This document shows positions 29,395 through 37,947 of a DNA stretch of 64,000 nucleotides, piece after piece. The translations under genes and the position numbers were made by a program. Source of the DNA: an uncultured Polyangiaceae bacterium (lineage in GTDB: Bacteria > Myxococcota_A > Polyangia > Polyangiales > Polyangiaceae); contig CAZHED010000001.1 in NCBI GenBank assembly GCA_964531095.1, positions 321,996 through 385,995 on the forward strand. Reading direction: 5' to 3'. Within the stretch, counting starts at the first letter, position 1. Every line of letters begins with the position of its first letter. The notes below the pieces were generated by a model that was not told the DNA's origin, did not search any database, and was given only the letters and a program-made list of their open reading frames with translations.

Positions 29395-29945
29395 AACGTC
29401 ACTCCGATTCTCACGCCGACTTGGCCCGAGCCCAAGACCGGCGCCACGGCGATCGCGCGGGCACGCTTGTCCACGAACGTCGCATCGATCACGCCGACGG
29501 CGCTCGAGAAGAGCCCGACGCCGAAGAGCGCCCACAGCACCCGCTGCTGATCGAGCGGTCCGTGCTCGACGGCCTCGGGGTCCACGGCGAAGAGGGCCGC
29601 CGTTCCCCCCCACGTCGCGGCGGGTGAGGCGCTGAAGACGAGCGCACGCGTCCATTCGCCCGAGACCGCGTGCGCGGCGAACGGTGCTGCGACGAATGCC
29701 CCTTGGATCGCGAGCCAGCCGGCGTTGTTCTGGACGTTGTCGTCCTTGCTCGTCGCGAGGAGCACGCCCCCCACGGTGAAGCCGGCGACGAACACTAGGG
29801 CGCCGGTGAGAAAGGCTCGCGCCGGTTCCGGCTCCGGCTTGTCCGCCCACGAGGGGGGAGCGGTAAGCCCGAGAGCCAACATCCAAGCCGCCGCACACAA
29901 TCGCCGCACGACCGCGAGAGTACGTCGGCTGGCGGTCCGGCTCAC
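29391..29945 (-). CDS. hypothetical membrane protein
   Basis: This is the 3' part of ORF 29391..30713. The GTG at 29945 gives a signal-like VSRTASRRTLAVVRRLCAAAWMLALGLTAPPSWA, followed by 3-4 hydrophobic segments. I recognised no family. Confidence 0.5.
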   Translation of the reverse strand: MSRTASRRTLAVVRRLCAAAWMLALGLTAPPSWADKPEPEPARAFLTGALVFVAGFTVGGVLLATSKDDNVQNNAGWLAIQGAFVAAPFAAHAVSGEWTRALVFSASPAATWGGTAALFAVDPEAVEHGPLDQQRVLWALFGVGLFSSAVGVIDATFVDKRARAIAVAPVLGSGQVGVRIGVTL

Positions 29946-30074
29946 CCGGAATCGGAGGCCGCCGGCCCGGACGCGGACTTCACGCGCCCGCGCAAAGCGT
30001 GCGCGCCACGACTCGGTGCAACGCCGGCAGGAAACGGGCGGCACGGGCCATGCTAACCCGCCTGCAACAGAGGC

Positions 30075-30329
30075 ATGACCATGGATGAGACCACGAAGAA
30101 AGTAGGCGCCGAGCTCGAGAAGAATCTGGAGCAGCTGCGCGCCTTGCGAGACGAAGTTCGCGTCAGGGCCCACCTCGCGAAGATGGACGTGAAAGATCGC
30201 TGGCACGAGCTCGAGCCGCGGGTCGCGGCGGTGGTCGAGCAGGCGGCCAAGAGCGCGTCCGAGGCATCGCGCACGGCGGTCAGCGAGGCCATCCAGGCGC
30301 TCGAGAAGCTGCGCAAGTCGCTGCCGTGA
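30075..30329 (+). CDS. small coiled-coil protein, unknown function
   Basis: 84-aa ORF. The second ATG at 30081 has better spacing to AGAGG. The sequence is helical and charged (LEKNLEQLRALRDEVRVRAHLAKMD) with high GC3. Confidence 0.5.
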   Translation: MTMDETTKKVGAELEKNLEQLRALRDEVRVRAHLAKMDVKDRWHELEPRVAAVVEQAAKSASEASRTAVSEAIQALEKLRKSLP

Positions 30330-30505
30330 GGGCGGCCGGTCCCATCGCCGGCGGCCGCCGCGCATCGACCTTCCGCTGCCGCTTGTCCAGCGCGACGAGC
30401 CGAGGGAAGGGAGCGCGGAGCTGCGGCCCTTCCCCACGGCCGCACGAGCTCGAGCGGTGGTTTTCGCAGCGCGGTTGACCCAAACGGCGTCGTATCCTGC
30501 GATGG

Positions 30506-31078
30506 ATGAGCGCGGGCGCTCCAGCCTTGGCCGAGGCGATCCTTCGGGAGCGCCTTCGAGCCACATTGGCCTCTCGCGAGCCGCGCAAGCTCGTGCTCGG
30601 CGCCTCGACCGCGGCGGCCGTGCTCGTCCTTCTGTTCGAGAACGACGGCGAAACCCACGTGTGGCTCGTGCGCCGGCCGGCGTCGATGCGCAGTCACGCC
30701 GGCCAGGTGGCATTTCCGGGCGGTAAGCACGACGCGAGCGACGGCTCGCTCCTCGTCACCGCGCTGCGCGAGACCGAAGAGGAGCTCGGGATCGCCCGCG
30801 CGAGCGTCGATGTCCTCGGAGCTCTCGACGACATGCGGACCGTCACCGGGTTCACGATCACGCCGTGGGTCGCGTGGCTCGCGCGCGGTACCGAAGTTCG
30901 GCCCAACCAAAGCGAGGTCGCACGCGCGTTCGCGCCCCCACTGCGGTCGTTCCTTCAGCCAAGGGGGGGCGCTCCGCCCTGGCGCGGTTGGACCGTCGAA
31001 GGGGAGCTCGTCTGGGGAGCGACCGCGGCGATCCTGGACGATCTCGTGCGCCGGATTCGCGAGGGCGGGGCGCTCTAG
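30506..31078 (+). CDS. NUDIX hydrolase, CoA pyrophosphatase-like
   Basis: The Nudix box is GGKHDASDGSLLVTALRETEEELGI, preceded by VAFPGG as in NudL-type enzymes. Confidence 0.8.
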   Translation: MSAGAPALAEAILRERLRATLASREPRKLVLGASTAAAVLVLLFENDGETHVWLVRRPASMRSHAGQVAFPGGKHDASDGSLLVTALRETEEELGIARASVDVLGALDDMRTVTGFTITPWVAWLARGTEVRPNQSEVARAFAPPLRSFLQPRGGAPPWRGWTVEGELVWGATAAILDDLVRRIREGGAL

Positions 31079-31090
31079 AAAAACTCGCCT

Positions 31091-32749
31091 TCAGTACGGG
31101 TTGTCGTCCGATGGCTTTTCCGGCTTGGCCTTTGGCAGCGGAACGGGCTTCGCAGGCAGCGGGGCTGCCGGTGCGACCGCTTCGCCGGCCGCTACGGCGG
31201 TGTCGCTCGCCGTTGGCGGAGGGGCTCGCTTGGCCGGTGGCTTCATTGCGCGGGGCGGTGGAGCGACGCCGGCTTGGGGCGCAGTCGCGCTGGCTGCGGC
31301 ACTGGCCGTCGTGCTCGCGGACGGTTGCGCCGGCAATGCCGCCGATGCGCTCGCGGGCGGTTGCGCCGGCGGTGCCGCCGATGGCGTTTCGCTCGCAGCC
31401 GAGGCCGTGGGGGCGGTCTGCGCCGGAGGGAGGGTCACCGTGGTGACGCTGGCCATGGTCGTGGCCGCGGGCGGCGTCGCCACCGGGACCGCGGGGGGCG
31501 CCGCGGGAGCGGCCACCGGTTCCGGCACGGTGCCGCCCCCGCCGAACAGCTGATCGCGGAACAAGACGGCGCCCGCCAAAGCGAACGCGGCCGCGATCGC
31601 CACGACGACGAGCGTACCCGCGCTGTTCTTCTTCTTTGCGGCAGCGACCGCGGAGGCTGGTCGGATGCTCGTCGGCGTTTCGCGCGCGGTCCGCGGAGCC
31701 TCGGATCGCCGCTTGTCGGTCGAGGCGTGCGACGCGGCCTCTTCGGCGCGCAGCGCGGCCACCGTGGCCGCCAGGGCCTTGGGCGTATCGGCCGTGGTCC
31801 ACTCGCTGGCTGGAGTGATCGGCGACAGCGGTCTGGACTCTGGAATCGCGCTCACCGCCGCGCCGGGGCCCGTTCCGGAAAAGAGCGGGTTCGTTCCGAT
31901 CTCGGCCATCGATCCACCGGCTTCGCGGAGCGCGTCTTCCAGCAGCTCGGCGGCTTGCCTCATCACCGTTTGCTCTTCTTTCGGGGGCATGCCCCCGCCT
32001 TCGTCGTCGGCCATCGGAAACATCGCGCGTCCGCCGGGGCGCGGCGGTGCAGAGGGATGGGTCGAGAACGAAGTGCGACCGGGCGGGGGAGGGGGGGAGG
32101 CCGAGGAGCCCGAAGGCGAAGCGGACGCCGAGCCTTCGGGCTCGGCGACGCCCAGGCCCATCATCGTCGCCTTGCGCGTCGACGGTGAGGCGGCGGGCAC
32201 GGACTTCGGTGGAGGAGGAGTCGACCCCTTGGGCGCCGCAGGCGCGCCCGCGGCGAGGGTCACCGATCGCGCGATCGACGCCCGCTGGGAGACCGACCCC
32301 GTCGAGGGCTCCGCGGCGGGCGCGGCGGGTCGGGCCGGCGGGGTCGTTCTCGTCCGGACGGGCGCCTCCGTCACATCGTCGCTGGTCTCGAAGGACTTGC
32401 CCGCGTCGCCTTTGGTGTTCACCAACCGGTCGATGACCGCCTTGGAAGGCTCGTCGATCTTTATGAACTTGACCCCCATCCCGGCCGGGCGCTCGCTGCC
32501 CGTCGTTCCGGCGTCGCGCTTCCATACGATGCGGCCCACGCCGGCGATCACGGCCTGATCGCTCGCCAGTCGAATCTCGAACTTGAGAAGGGTGCCGGGA
32601 GGAAAGGGGTTGGCCGTCTTGATGAAGATGCCGCCGCGGCTGACGTCGTGCGCGTGATTCTCGATGAACTCGTCGACCGTCGCGCTCTTGTAGCGCACGT
32701 TCAGGCTGACGATCTTCACGCGCCGGTCTTTGCGGGTGTCCTGGGTCAT
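31091..32749 (-). CDS. PilZ-like (TIGR02266-type) domain protein with long Pro/Ala/Ser-rich region and one TM segment
   Basis: The ATG at 32749 gives MTQDTRKDRRVKIVSLNVRYKSATVDEFIENHAHDVSRGGIFIKT...GMGVKF, the myxobacterial PilZ-like domain. The rest is low complexity, with the TM segment LVVVAIAAAFALAGAVLF. Confidence 0.7.
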   Translation of the reverse strand: MTQDTRKDRRVKIVSLNVRYKSATVDEFIENHAHDVSRGGIFIKTANPFPPGTLLKFEIRLASDQAVIAGVGRIVWKRDAGTTGSERPAGMGVKFIKIDEPSKAVIDRLVNTKGDAGKSFETSDDVTEAPVRTRTTPPARPAAPAAEPSTGSVSQRASIARSVTLAAGAPAAPKGSTPPPPKSVPAASPSTRKATMMGLGVAEPEGSASASPSGSSASPPPPPGRTSFSTHPSAPPRPGGRAMFPMADDEGGGMPPKEEQTVMRQAAELLEDALREAGGSMAEIGTNPLFSGTGPGAAVSAIPESRPLSPITPASEWTTADTPKALAATVAALRAEEAASHASTDKRRSEAPRTARETPTSIRPASAVAAAKKKNSAGTLVVVAIAAAFALAGAVLFRDQLFGGGGTVPEPVAAPAAPPAVPVATPPAATTMASVTTVTLPPAQTAPTASAASETPSAAPPAQPPASASAALPAQPSASTTASAAASATAPQAGVAPPPRAMKPPAKRAPPPTASDTAVAAGEAVAPAAPLPAKPVPLPKAKPEKPSDDNPY

Positions 32750-32867
32750 CGGTGGCCGTCTCCCTCCCGGAGAAGCTCGAGTCAAAAGCGGCGCTCTTGC
32801 GCTCGGAACCTCGGGCCATCTTAACCCGCCCCGCGCCGAAAAAGCCAATGCCCCCGCCCTCCTTTGG

Positions 32868-32903
32868 CATGTGCGCAGGCCACCGCATGTGCGCAGGCCA
32901 CCG
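32868..32903. repeat. perfect tandem direct repeat, 2 x 18 bp (CATGTGCGCAGGCCACCG)
   Basis: Read directly from the sequence: 32868-32885 is identical to 32886-32903. The repeat is intergenic, 119-154 nt upstream of the PilZ-like gene start. Confidence 0.9.
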
Positions 32904-32961
32904 AGAGGTACGCCTGCCTCGACCGCCACGGGGGCGCCCATCCCCCCGGCCGTCGCCGCGC

Positions 32962-34188
32962 TTATTTCGACTTGGCTCGCGCTGCCTTCTTGCGCTCGTC
33001 GGCGCGCTTGCCCGGGCGCTCGTCCGCGAGTGGATAGTCGATCGTCGCGCGAAGCGGCCGCTTTCGCTTGTCGACCTCGCGCTGAAGCGTGCTCACGGCG
33101 GCGTCGCGGGCGTCGTAGAGCCTCCTAGGCTTGCGCTTCATGCTCGCGTCGCTGAGGAGCGCGTACGTTAGCCAAGGGAACACGGCGGTGACGTCCGCGT
33201 GAACGTAGATGCTCCCGGTCTCGACGCTCTCGGCCGAGACTTTGCCCCACGTGTGGCCCTCGCCCGCCGGACACGAGCTGAGCGCGCCGTTGTCGACCGG
33301 ATCGACGCAGAGTTGCACGTCGATGTCGAAGCCGTGCGTCGGTACCCCCAGGATTTGGTCCAAGAGGGGCTCGCCCTGCAGCGTGTAGTTCTTCGGCACG
33401 CCGCCCCCCAGAATCCACACGGCCATCGGCGCGCGGAGCGTAGCGAAGCAATGGTGCTGCATCGCCCCCATTTCGAAGACGTCGTCGCAGACGTCGATCT
33501 CCAGCCTGAACGCGTCGCCGAGCAGCCGCTTGAGTTTCACGATGTTGAGAAAGATCGACCCGTCTTGCACCGCACCGACGAAGATGGGAACGCCGAGGCG
33601 CCACGCGGTCGACAAGAGCGACGGCTCTTTCACGCCGAGGGCCTTCTCGATCTTCGCGAGGCGCGCCCCGAGCAAATAATGAAGCTCGGGGGTCGTCATC
33701 CTTTTCTGAAACTCCGGGCCGCGCATGATGGCAGAGAAGAGCTTGTCGGTCTCGAGGAGGGTCTCCTCCCAGAATCCGAGATCGTAGATGCGGATGATCC
33801 GCGCCAGCCGGTACTGCAAATCGCCCGCGCTCGGATCGATTTCGCGAATGCGGTGGCCGATGATCCGATGCGCGTCGTGGTAGAGGTTCGCGCCCGTGGT
33901 GGTGATGCAGTCGATGAGGCCGCGCTCGACGAGGGGGATGAGGCACGACTGGTGGAGCCCTGCCGGGGTCATCGCACCGCTGAACGTCAGGAATACCGCG
34001 CAGCCCTGTTCGACGCTGCGTCGCATGAGCTCGTGGGCGGTTCGCTCCTGCCGGCCCACGTAGGCCGGAAAGCGATGCTCGAGGATATCCCGTGGCGTCT
34101 CTTTCCCAGTGATGGCCAGGGGGTAGACGTCGCGTGCTCGTTCGAAGCGGCGTCGAAAAGACGCGCCGTTGGCTCGAGGAGAGGACAT
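32962..34188 (-). CDS. deoxyhypusine synthase-family protein (homospermidine synthase-like)
   Basis: ATG at 34188, with an alternative GTG at 34242. VFLTFSGAMTPAGL...ITTTGANLYHD and GGGVPKN are typical of the DHS fold. It has a basic C-terminal tail. Confidence 0.85.
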   Translation of the reverse strand: MSSPRANGASFRRRFERARDVYPLAITGKETPRDILEHRFPAYVGRQERTAHELMRRSVEQGCAVFLTFSGAMTPAGLHQSCLIPLVERGLIDCITTTGANLYHDAHRIIGHRIREIDPSAGDLQYRLARIIRIYDLGFWEETLLETDKLFSAIMRGPEFQKRMTTPELHYLLGARLAKIEKALGVKEPSLLSTAWRLGVPIFVGAVQDGSIFLNIVKLKRLLGDAFRLEIDVCDDVFEMGAMQHHCFATLRAPMAVWILGGGVPKNYTLQGEPLLDQILGVPTHGFDIDVQLCVDPVDNGALSSCPAGEGHTWGKVSAESVETGSIYVHADVTAVFPWLTYALLSDASMKRKPRRLYDARDAAVSTLQREVDKRKRPLRATIDYPLADERPGKRADERKKAARAKSK

Positions 34189-34312
34189 GATGGGTCGGTC
34201 AATCCGGGGTTCGGAGCGCTCGCCGGCGGCGGCGCGGTTCACCCCGTGACGAACATGGCCCCGGCCTCCGAGTCAAGCGCCGCTTGCCCGCGAACCCGAA
34301 AGGGTGCATTTG

Positions 34313-35209
34313 ATGGCGTCGATGACGACGTTACGGCCGCTCGGAGTACCCCTGCCCGATCAGCCCCCTGTCCTCGGGCGGCCGACCACGTTCGAACAGC
34401 TCGCTGCTCTTCCCGACGAATGCATCGACGTAGCGATCGGCGCCGCGCTCATCGCGCGCGACACGCACGCGACGCTCGACGTCGACCGGACCGTTGCGCG
34501 CTTCGACGACATGGCGGCGCCCCTGGCCGCGCGCAACCTCGGGGCGCTGTCGCCCGCCGAGCAGGCGAGCGCGCTGTCCCTTTACCTGTACGATCAGCTC
34601 GGTTTTCGCGGCAACGAACAAGACTATTACGACCCGAAGAACAGCTTGCTCCCCGACGTGCTCGACCGGCGGCTCGGCATCCCAATCACCCTTGCGGTCG
34701 TCTACTGCGAAGTCGCGCGCCGCGTCGGGGTGCGTGCGCGGGGTGTGAGCTTTCCTGGGCACTTTCTCGTCCGGGTCGATCCCCCCGCGCGCGATGACGA
34801 GCCGATCGCCGTCGACCCCTTCTTCGGCGGACGCCGGCTCGACGAGGCCGGCCTGCAAACGTTGCTGAAGCGCGCCGCGCCTTCGCAGGAGATTTCGCTC
34901 GCCGAGCACTTGGCGCCCGCGAGCGCGCGGACGATCCTCGTGCGGATGCTGATCAATCTGAAGTGGATCCACGCGACGCGTGGCGACTTCGCCCGGGCCC
35001 TCCTCGCGCTCGACCGGATCATCTCGCTCACTCCCGACTCGGTGCCGGCCCTCCGGGAGCGAGGCATGCTCGCCGCCCGCCTCGGTGCCGTCGAGGCGGC
35101 TCGAGCCGACCTGTCACGCTTGCTCGAGCTCGTGCCGCAGGCTCCGGACGCCGGGTCGATTCGCCAGCGGCTCGAAGAGCTGCGCGCCAAACGAAGTGTG
35201 CTGAACTGA
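34313..35209 (+). CDS. SirB1/YchA-like transglutaminase-like + TPR protein (UPF0162)
   Basis: YDPKNSLLPDVLDRRLGIPITLAVVYCEVARRVG...FPGHFLVR is followed by a C-terminal TPR-like region. The start is ATG at 34313 or GTG at 34304. Confidence 0.75.
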   Translation: MASMTTLRPLGVPLPDQPPVLGRPTTFEQLAALPDECIDVAIGAALIARDTHATLDVDRTVARFDDMAAPLAARNLGALSPAEQASALSLYLYDQLGFRGNEQDYYDPKNSLLPDVLDRRLGIPITLAVVYCEVARRVGVRARGVSFPGHFLVRVDPPARDDEPIAVDPFFGGRRLDEAGLQTLLKRAAPSQEISLAEHLAPASARTILVRMLINLKWIHATRGDFARALLALDRIISLTPDSVPALRERGMLAARLGAVEAARADLSRLLELVPQAPDAGSIRQRLEELRAKRSVLN

Positions 35210-35229
35210 GCCGCCGCTCTCGCCTGCCC

Positions 35230-35832
35230 TTGGATCGGCGATGGCTTCTGGCGATAGGCCTCTCGAGCGCCGCCTTCGTCACCCCCTTCGACGCGCGAGC
35301 GCAGGTCCACTGGGACGCGGGGGCGCAGGCGGGGGCGACGGACCGGATCGCGACCGGCGCCGTGCCCTCTCGATCGCCGGGGCCGAGCGGGGAGATTCAC
35401 GCCCACGTGGCGGTGTACCCGATGCTTCGCGTCGGGCCTTACGCGGCGTTCGACTTGTCGCCGGTGTCGGGCCTTCCCGATCGACGCGTGTACTCCGCCG
35501 GCGCGAGGGCGAAAGTGACGCCTCCGTGGCTCGCTGCCCCCTGGCGGGTGTGGGGCTTCTTGGGCTTTGGCATCGCCTACGCCTATGCGCCGAGCACCCC
35601 GTCGCTTCGCTCGAGCTCGACCACGATGCCCGAGGTGCCCGTGGGCGTAGGGATGGGCTACCGCCTGCACGGCCCCTGGGAGCTGTGCGCGGAGCTCGGC
35701 GCGCGCTGGAATCTCGCGGGCATCGGCGGGCAGCGATCCGCGCCGGCGGCCGGGGCGTCCATGGTGGAGCCGTTCCTCGGCAATGACTTGCTGGCCGTAT
35801 CTTTGGGCGTAGGAGTAAGCTTGGCCCTGTAG
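35230..35832 (+). CDS. small predicted outer-membrane beta-barrel protein
   Basis: This is the 3' part of ORF 34963..35832. The TTG at 35230 gives MDRRWLLAIGLSSAAFVTPFDARA. The sequence has alternating aromatic/Gly-rich strands. The start codon is non-canonical, so confidence is moderate. Confidence 0.45.
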   Translation: MDRRWLLAIGLSSAAFVTPFDARAQVHWDAGAQAGATDRIATGAVPSRSPGPSGEIHAHVAVYPMLRVGPYAAFDLSPVSGLPDRRVYSAGARAKVTPPWLAAPWRVWGFLGFGIAYAYAPSTPSLRSSSTTMPEVPVGVGMGYRLHGPWELCAELGARWNLAGIGGQRSAPAAGASMVEPFLGNDLLAVSLGVGVSLAL

Positions 35833-35868
35833 CGCGGGCGGCCTGCCCGCCCCGTGCTCGCACTCGCT

Positions 35869-37896
35869 ATGAGCACCCCTTCAGACCGCACCCGCCCCGC
35901 CACCTCGGCTGGCGAGCGCAAGGACGGTGCGTCGCCCGGTCGGCGCGCGTCGGAGCGGCCGAGCACTCGCCCGGGTGGCCCCGAGTCGCTGGTCGGCGTG
36001 GTGGTTGCCGGGCGCTATCGCGTCGAAAGGCTGGTCGGCGAAGGCGGAATGGGCGCGGTGTACCAGGCCGAGCACGTGCTCATGCGCAAGCGGTTCGCCC
36101 TGAAGGTGCTCCACCCTGAGATGGGGCGCTTGCCCGAAGTGGTCGCGCGCTTCGAGCGCGAAGCGATGGCCGCCGCGCACATCGAGCACCCCAACGTGGC
36201 CGGGGCCACGGACTTCGGCAAGCTCGAGGACGGCTCCTTCTTCCTCGTGCTCGAATACGTCGAGGGCTCGAGCTTGCGCGATGCGGTCGCGAAGGGCCGA
36301 CTCGAGCTTGGCCGAGCGCTCTCCGTCACCCGGCAGATCGCCGGTGCCCTGTCGCGCGCGCACGCGCTCGGCATCGTGCACCGGGATCTGAAGCCGGAGA
36401 ACATCATGCTGGTCGAGCGCGATGGCACCTCGGACTTCGTGAAGGTGCTCGACTTCGGCATCGCCAAAGTGCCGATGGGAGAGCTTGCCGGCCCGCACCC
36501 GCAGGCCGGGCAAGCCCTCACGCAGCTCGGAATGGTGTACGGCACGCCCGAGTACATGGCCCCCGAGCAGGCGCTCGGCCAACCGGTCGACGCGCGCGCG
36601 GATCTGTACGCGCTGGGCGCAATGGCGTTCGAGATGATCACCGGCTCGCGCCCGTACAACCATGAAAGCAAAGTGACGCTCCTCGGGATGCACGTGACGG
36701 CCCCGATTCCGAGTATGGCCGAGCGAGCCCCCGGCGCCGACGTTCCGCCGGAGGTCGACGCGATCGTCGCGCGATTGCTCGCCAAAGACGCGGCCGCGCG
36801 GTTCGCCGATGCGCGGGACCTGATCGATGCGATCGATGCCGCGGGCCTCCCGCCGGCCGCCCGGGGCGGTATCGCCGATCCGGCAGCGCCGATGCCCCTC
36901 GCGCAGCCGCAACACCCGAGCTCGCCCCGCGTGGAAGCGAGCGACGCCCCGAGCTCATCGTCCATCGCGCTCGGACCGACGCGTTTGGCGGAGCAGACGC
37001 CGGGGCCGCCCGCGCCACGGGTCACGTCGCTCGTTGGCTCGTCGCTGCGCGGCGCCGTCTCGTCGGCACCGCCGTGGGCCCGATCCCAGCGCACAGCGGT
37101 CGCCGCCGCGGCCGTGGTCACCGCCGCGCTGGCGGTGGTCGTCATCGCCCGGGGGCGTGCGGTTCCCGCAGCGGGTGGGGTCGCCGGAAGCGGCGGGCCC
37201 GCGCTCGCGCAACCGAGCGCACCGGACGCGAGAATGGCGGCCGTCGTGGCCGCGGCACAAGCGACCATCGACCGCGGCGACTTCGCGACGGCGATCGACG
37301 AGTTGACGGCGGTGGAGAAGAACGGCCCCGACCGCGCCGAGGTGCACAGACTTCTCGAGCGCGCGTACTCGGGGGTGCGAAACACCCACGAGGCGATGCG
37401 TGAGGCGGCGCTCTGGCTGGCGGCGGATCCGCGCGGCGCGGACGATTTGAAGCTCGAAGAAGAGGTCAGAAATGCCGCGCTCCTCAGGGATACGCAAGAC
37501 GAAGCCTTCGCGCTCCTCGAAACGAAGATGGGTCCCCGCGGCGTCGACGTCCTCTACGATATGGCGTTCGGCGCGTCGGGACGCCTTTACCCCCAGGCCG
37601 CCGCACGGGCCAAGCGCTCGCTCGACGCCGCCGAAGTCCGAGGCCGCGCCAGCCCGGCGCTCGCGGTGCTGCTCGACTTTCGCGACGCCAAGACGTGCGA
37701 AGAAAGGCATGCGCTGCTCGATCGCGTGCGCGATCAAGGCGACGCGCGCTTTCTGACGACGCTCCAGCCGTACGAGTCGACGCGCGGCTGCGGCTTTCTC
37801 AGTCGATCCGATTGCTACCCGTGCATGCACAAGGACCGGATGCTCTGGGAAGCGAAGACCGCGATCGAGGACCGCGCGGCACACTCGGGCCCTTAG
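35869..37896 (+). CDS. Ser/Thr protein kinase with TM segment and C-terminal helical (TPR-like) domain
   Basis: Kinase subdomains are present: GEGGMGAVYQ, ALKVL, HRDLKPENIM, DFGIAK and GTPEYMAPEQ. The TM segment is AVAAAAVVTAALAVVVIA. Confidence 0.85.
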   Translation: MSTPSDRTRPATSAGERKDGASPGRRASERPSTRPGGPESLVGVVVAGRYRVERLVGEGGMGAVYQAEHVLMRKRFALKVLHPEMGRLPEVVARFEREAMAAAHIEHPNVAGATDFGKLEDGSFFLVLEYVEGSSLRDAVAKGRLELGRALSVTRQIAGALSRAHALGIVHRDLKPENIMLVERDGTSDFVKVLDFGIAKVPMGELAGPHPQAGQALTQLGMVYGTPEYMAPEQALGQPVDARADLYALGAMAFEMITGSRPYNHESKVTLLGMHVTAPIPSMAERAPGADVPPEVDAIVARLLAKDAAARFADARDLIDAIDAAGLPPAARGGIADPAAPMPLAQPQHPSSPRVEASDAPSSSSIALGPTRLAEQTPGPPAPRVTSLVGSSLRGAVSSAPPWARSQRTAVAAAAVVTAALAVVVIARGRAVPAAGGVAGSGGPALAQPSAPDARMAAVVAAAQATIDRGDFATAIDELTAVEKNGPDRAEVHRLLERAYSGVRNTHEAMREAALWLAADPRGADDLKLEEEVRNAALLRDTQDEAFALLETKMGPRGVDVLYDMAFGASGRLYPQAAARAKRSLDAAEVRGRASPALAVLLDFRDAKTCEERHALLDRVRDQGDARFLTTLQPYESTRGCGFLSRSDCYPCMHKDRMLWEAKTAIEDRAAHSGP

Positions 37897-37915
37897 TGCA
37901 GCCTCCGCTCCGCCC
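37896..37915 (+). repeat. copy of dispersed 20-nt motif GTGCAGCCTCCGCTCCGCCC
   Basis: The motif begins on the last base of the kinase TAG stop (37894-37896). It is identical to the reverse complement of 45589-45608. Confidence 0.85.
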
Positions 37916-37947
37916 GTGGCCCCCCAGCCGCAAACAGGGCTCGCCCC

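Noticed and set aside
30858-32888. 676-aa minus-strand ORF
   Set aside because: It is an alternative frame of the PilZ-like gene region. Only the 31091..32941 frame contains the recognisable domain and TM helix.
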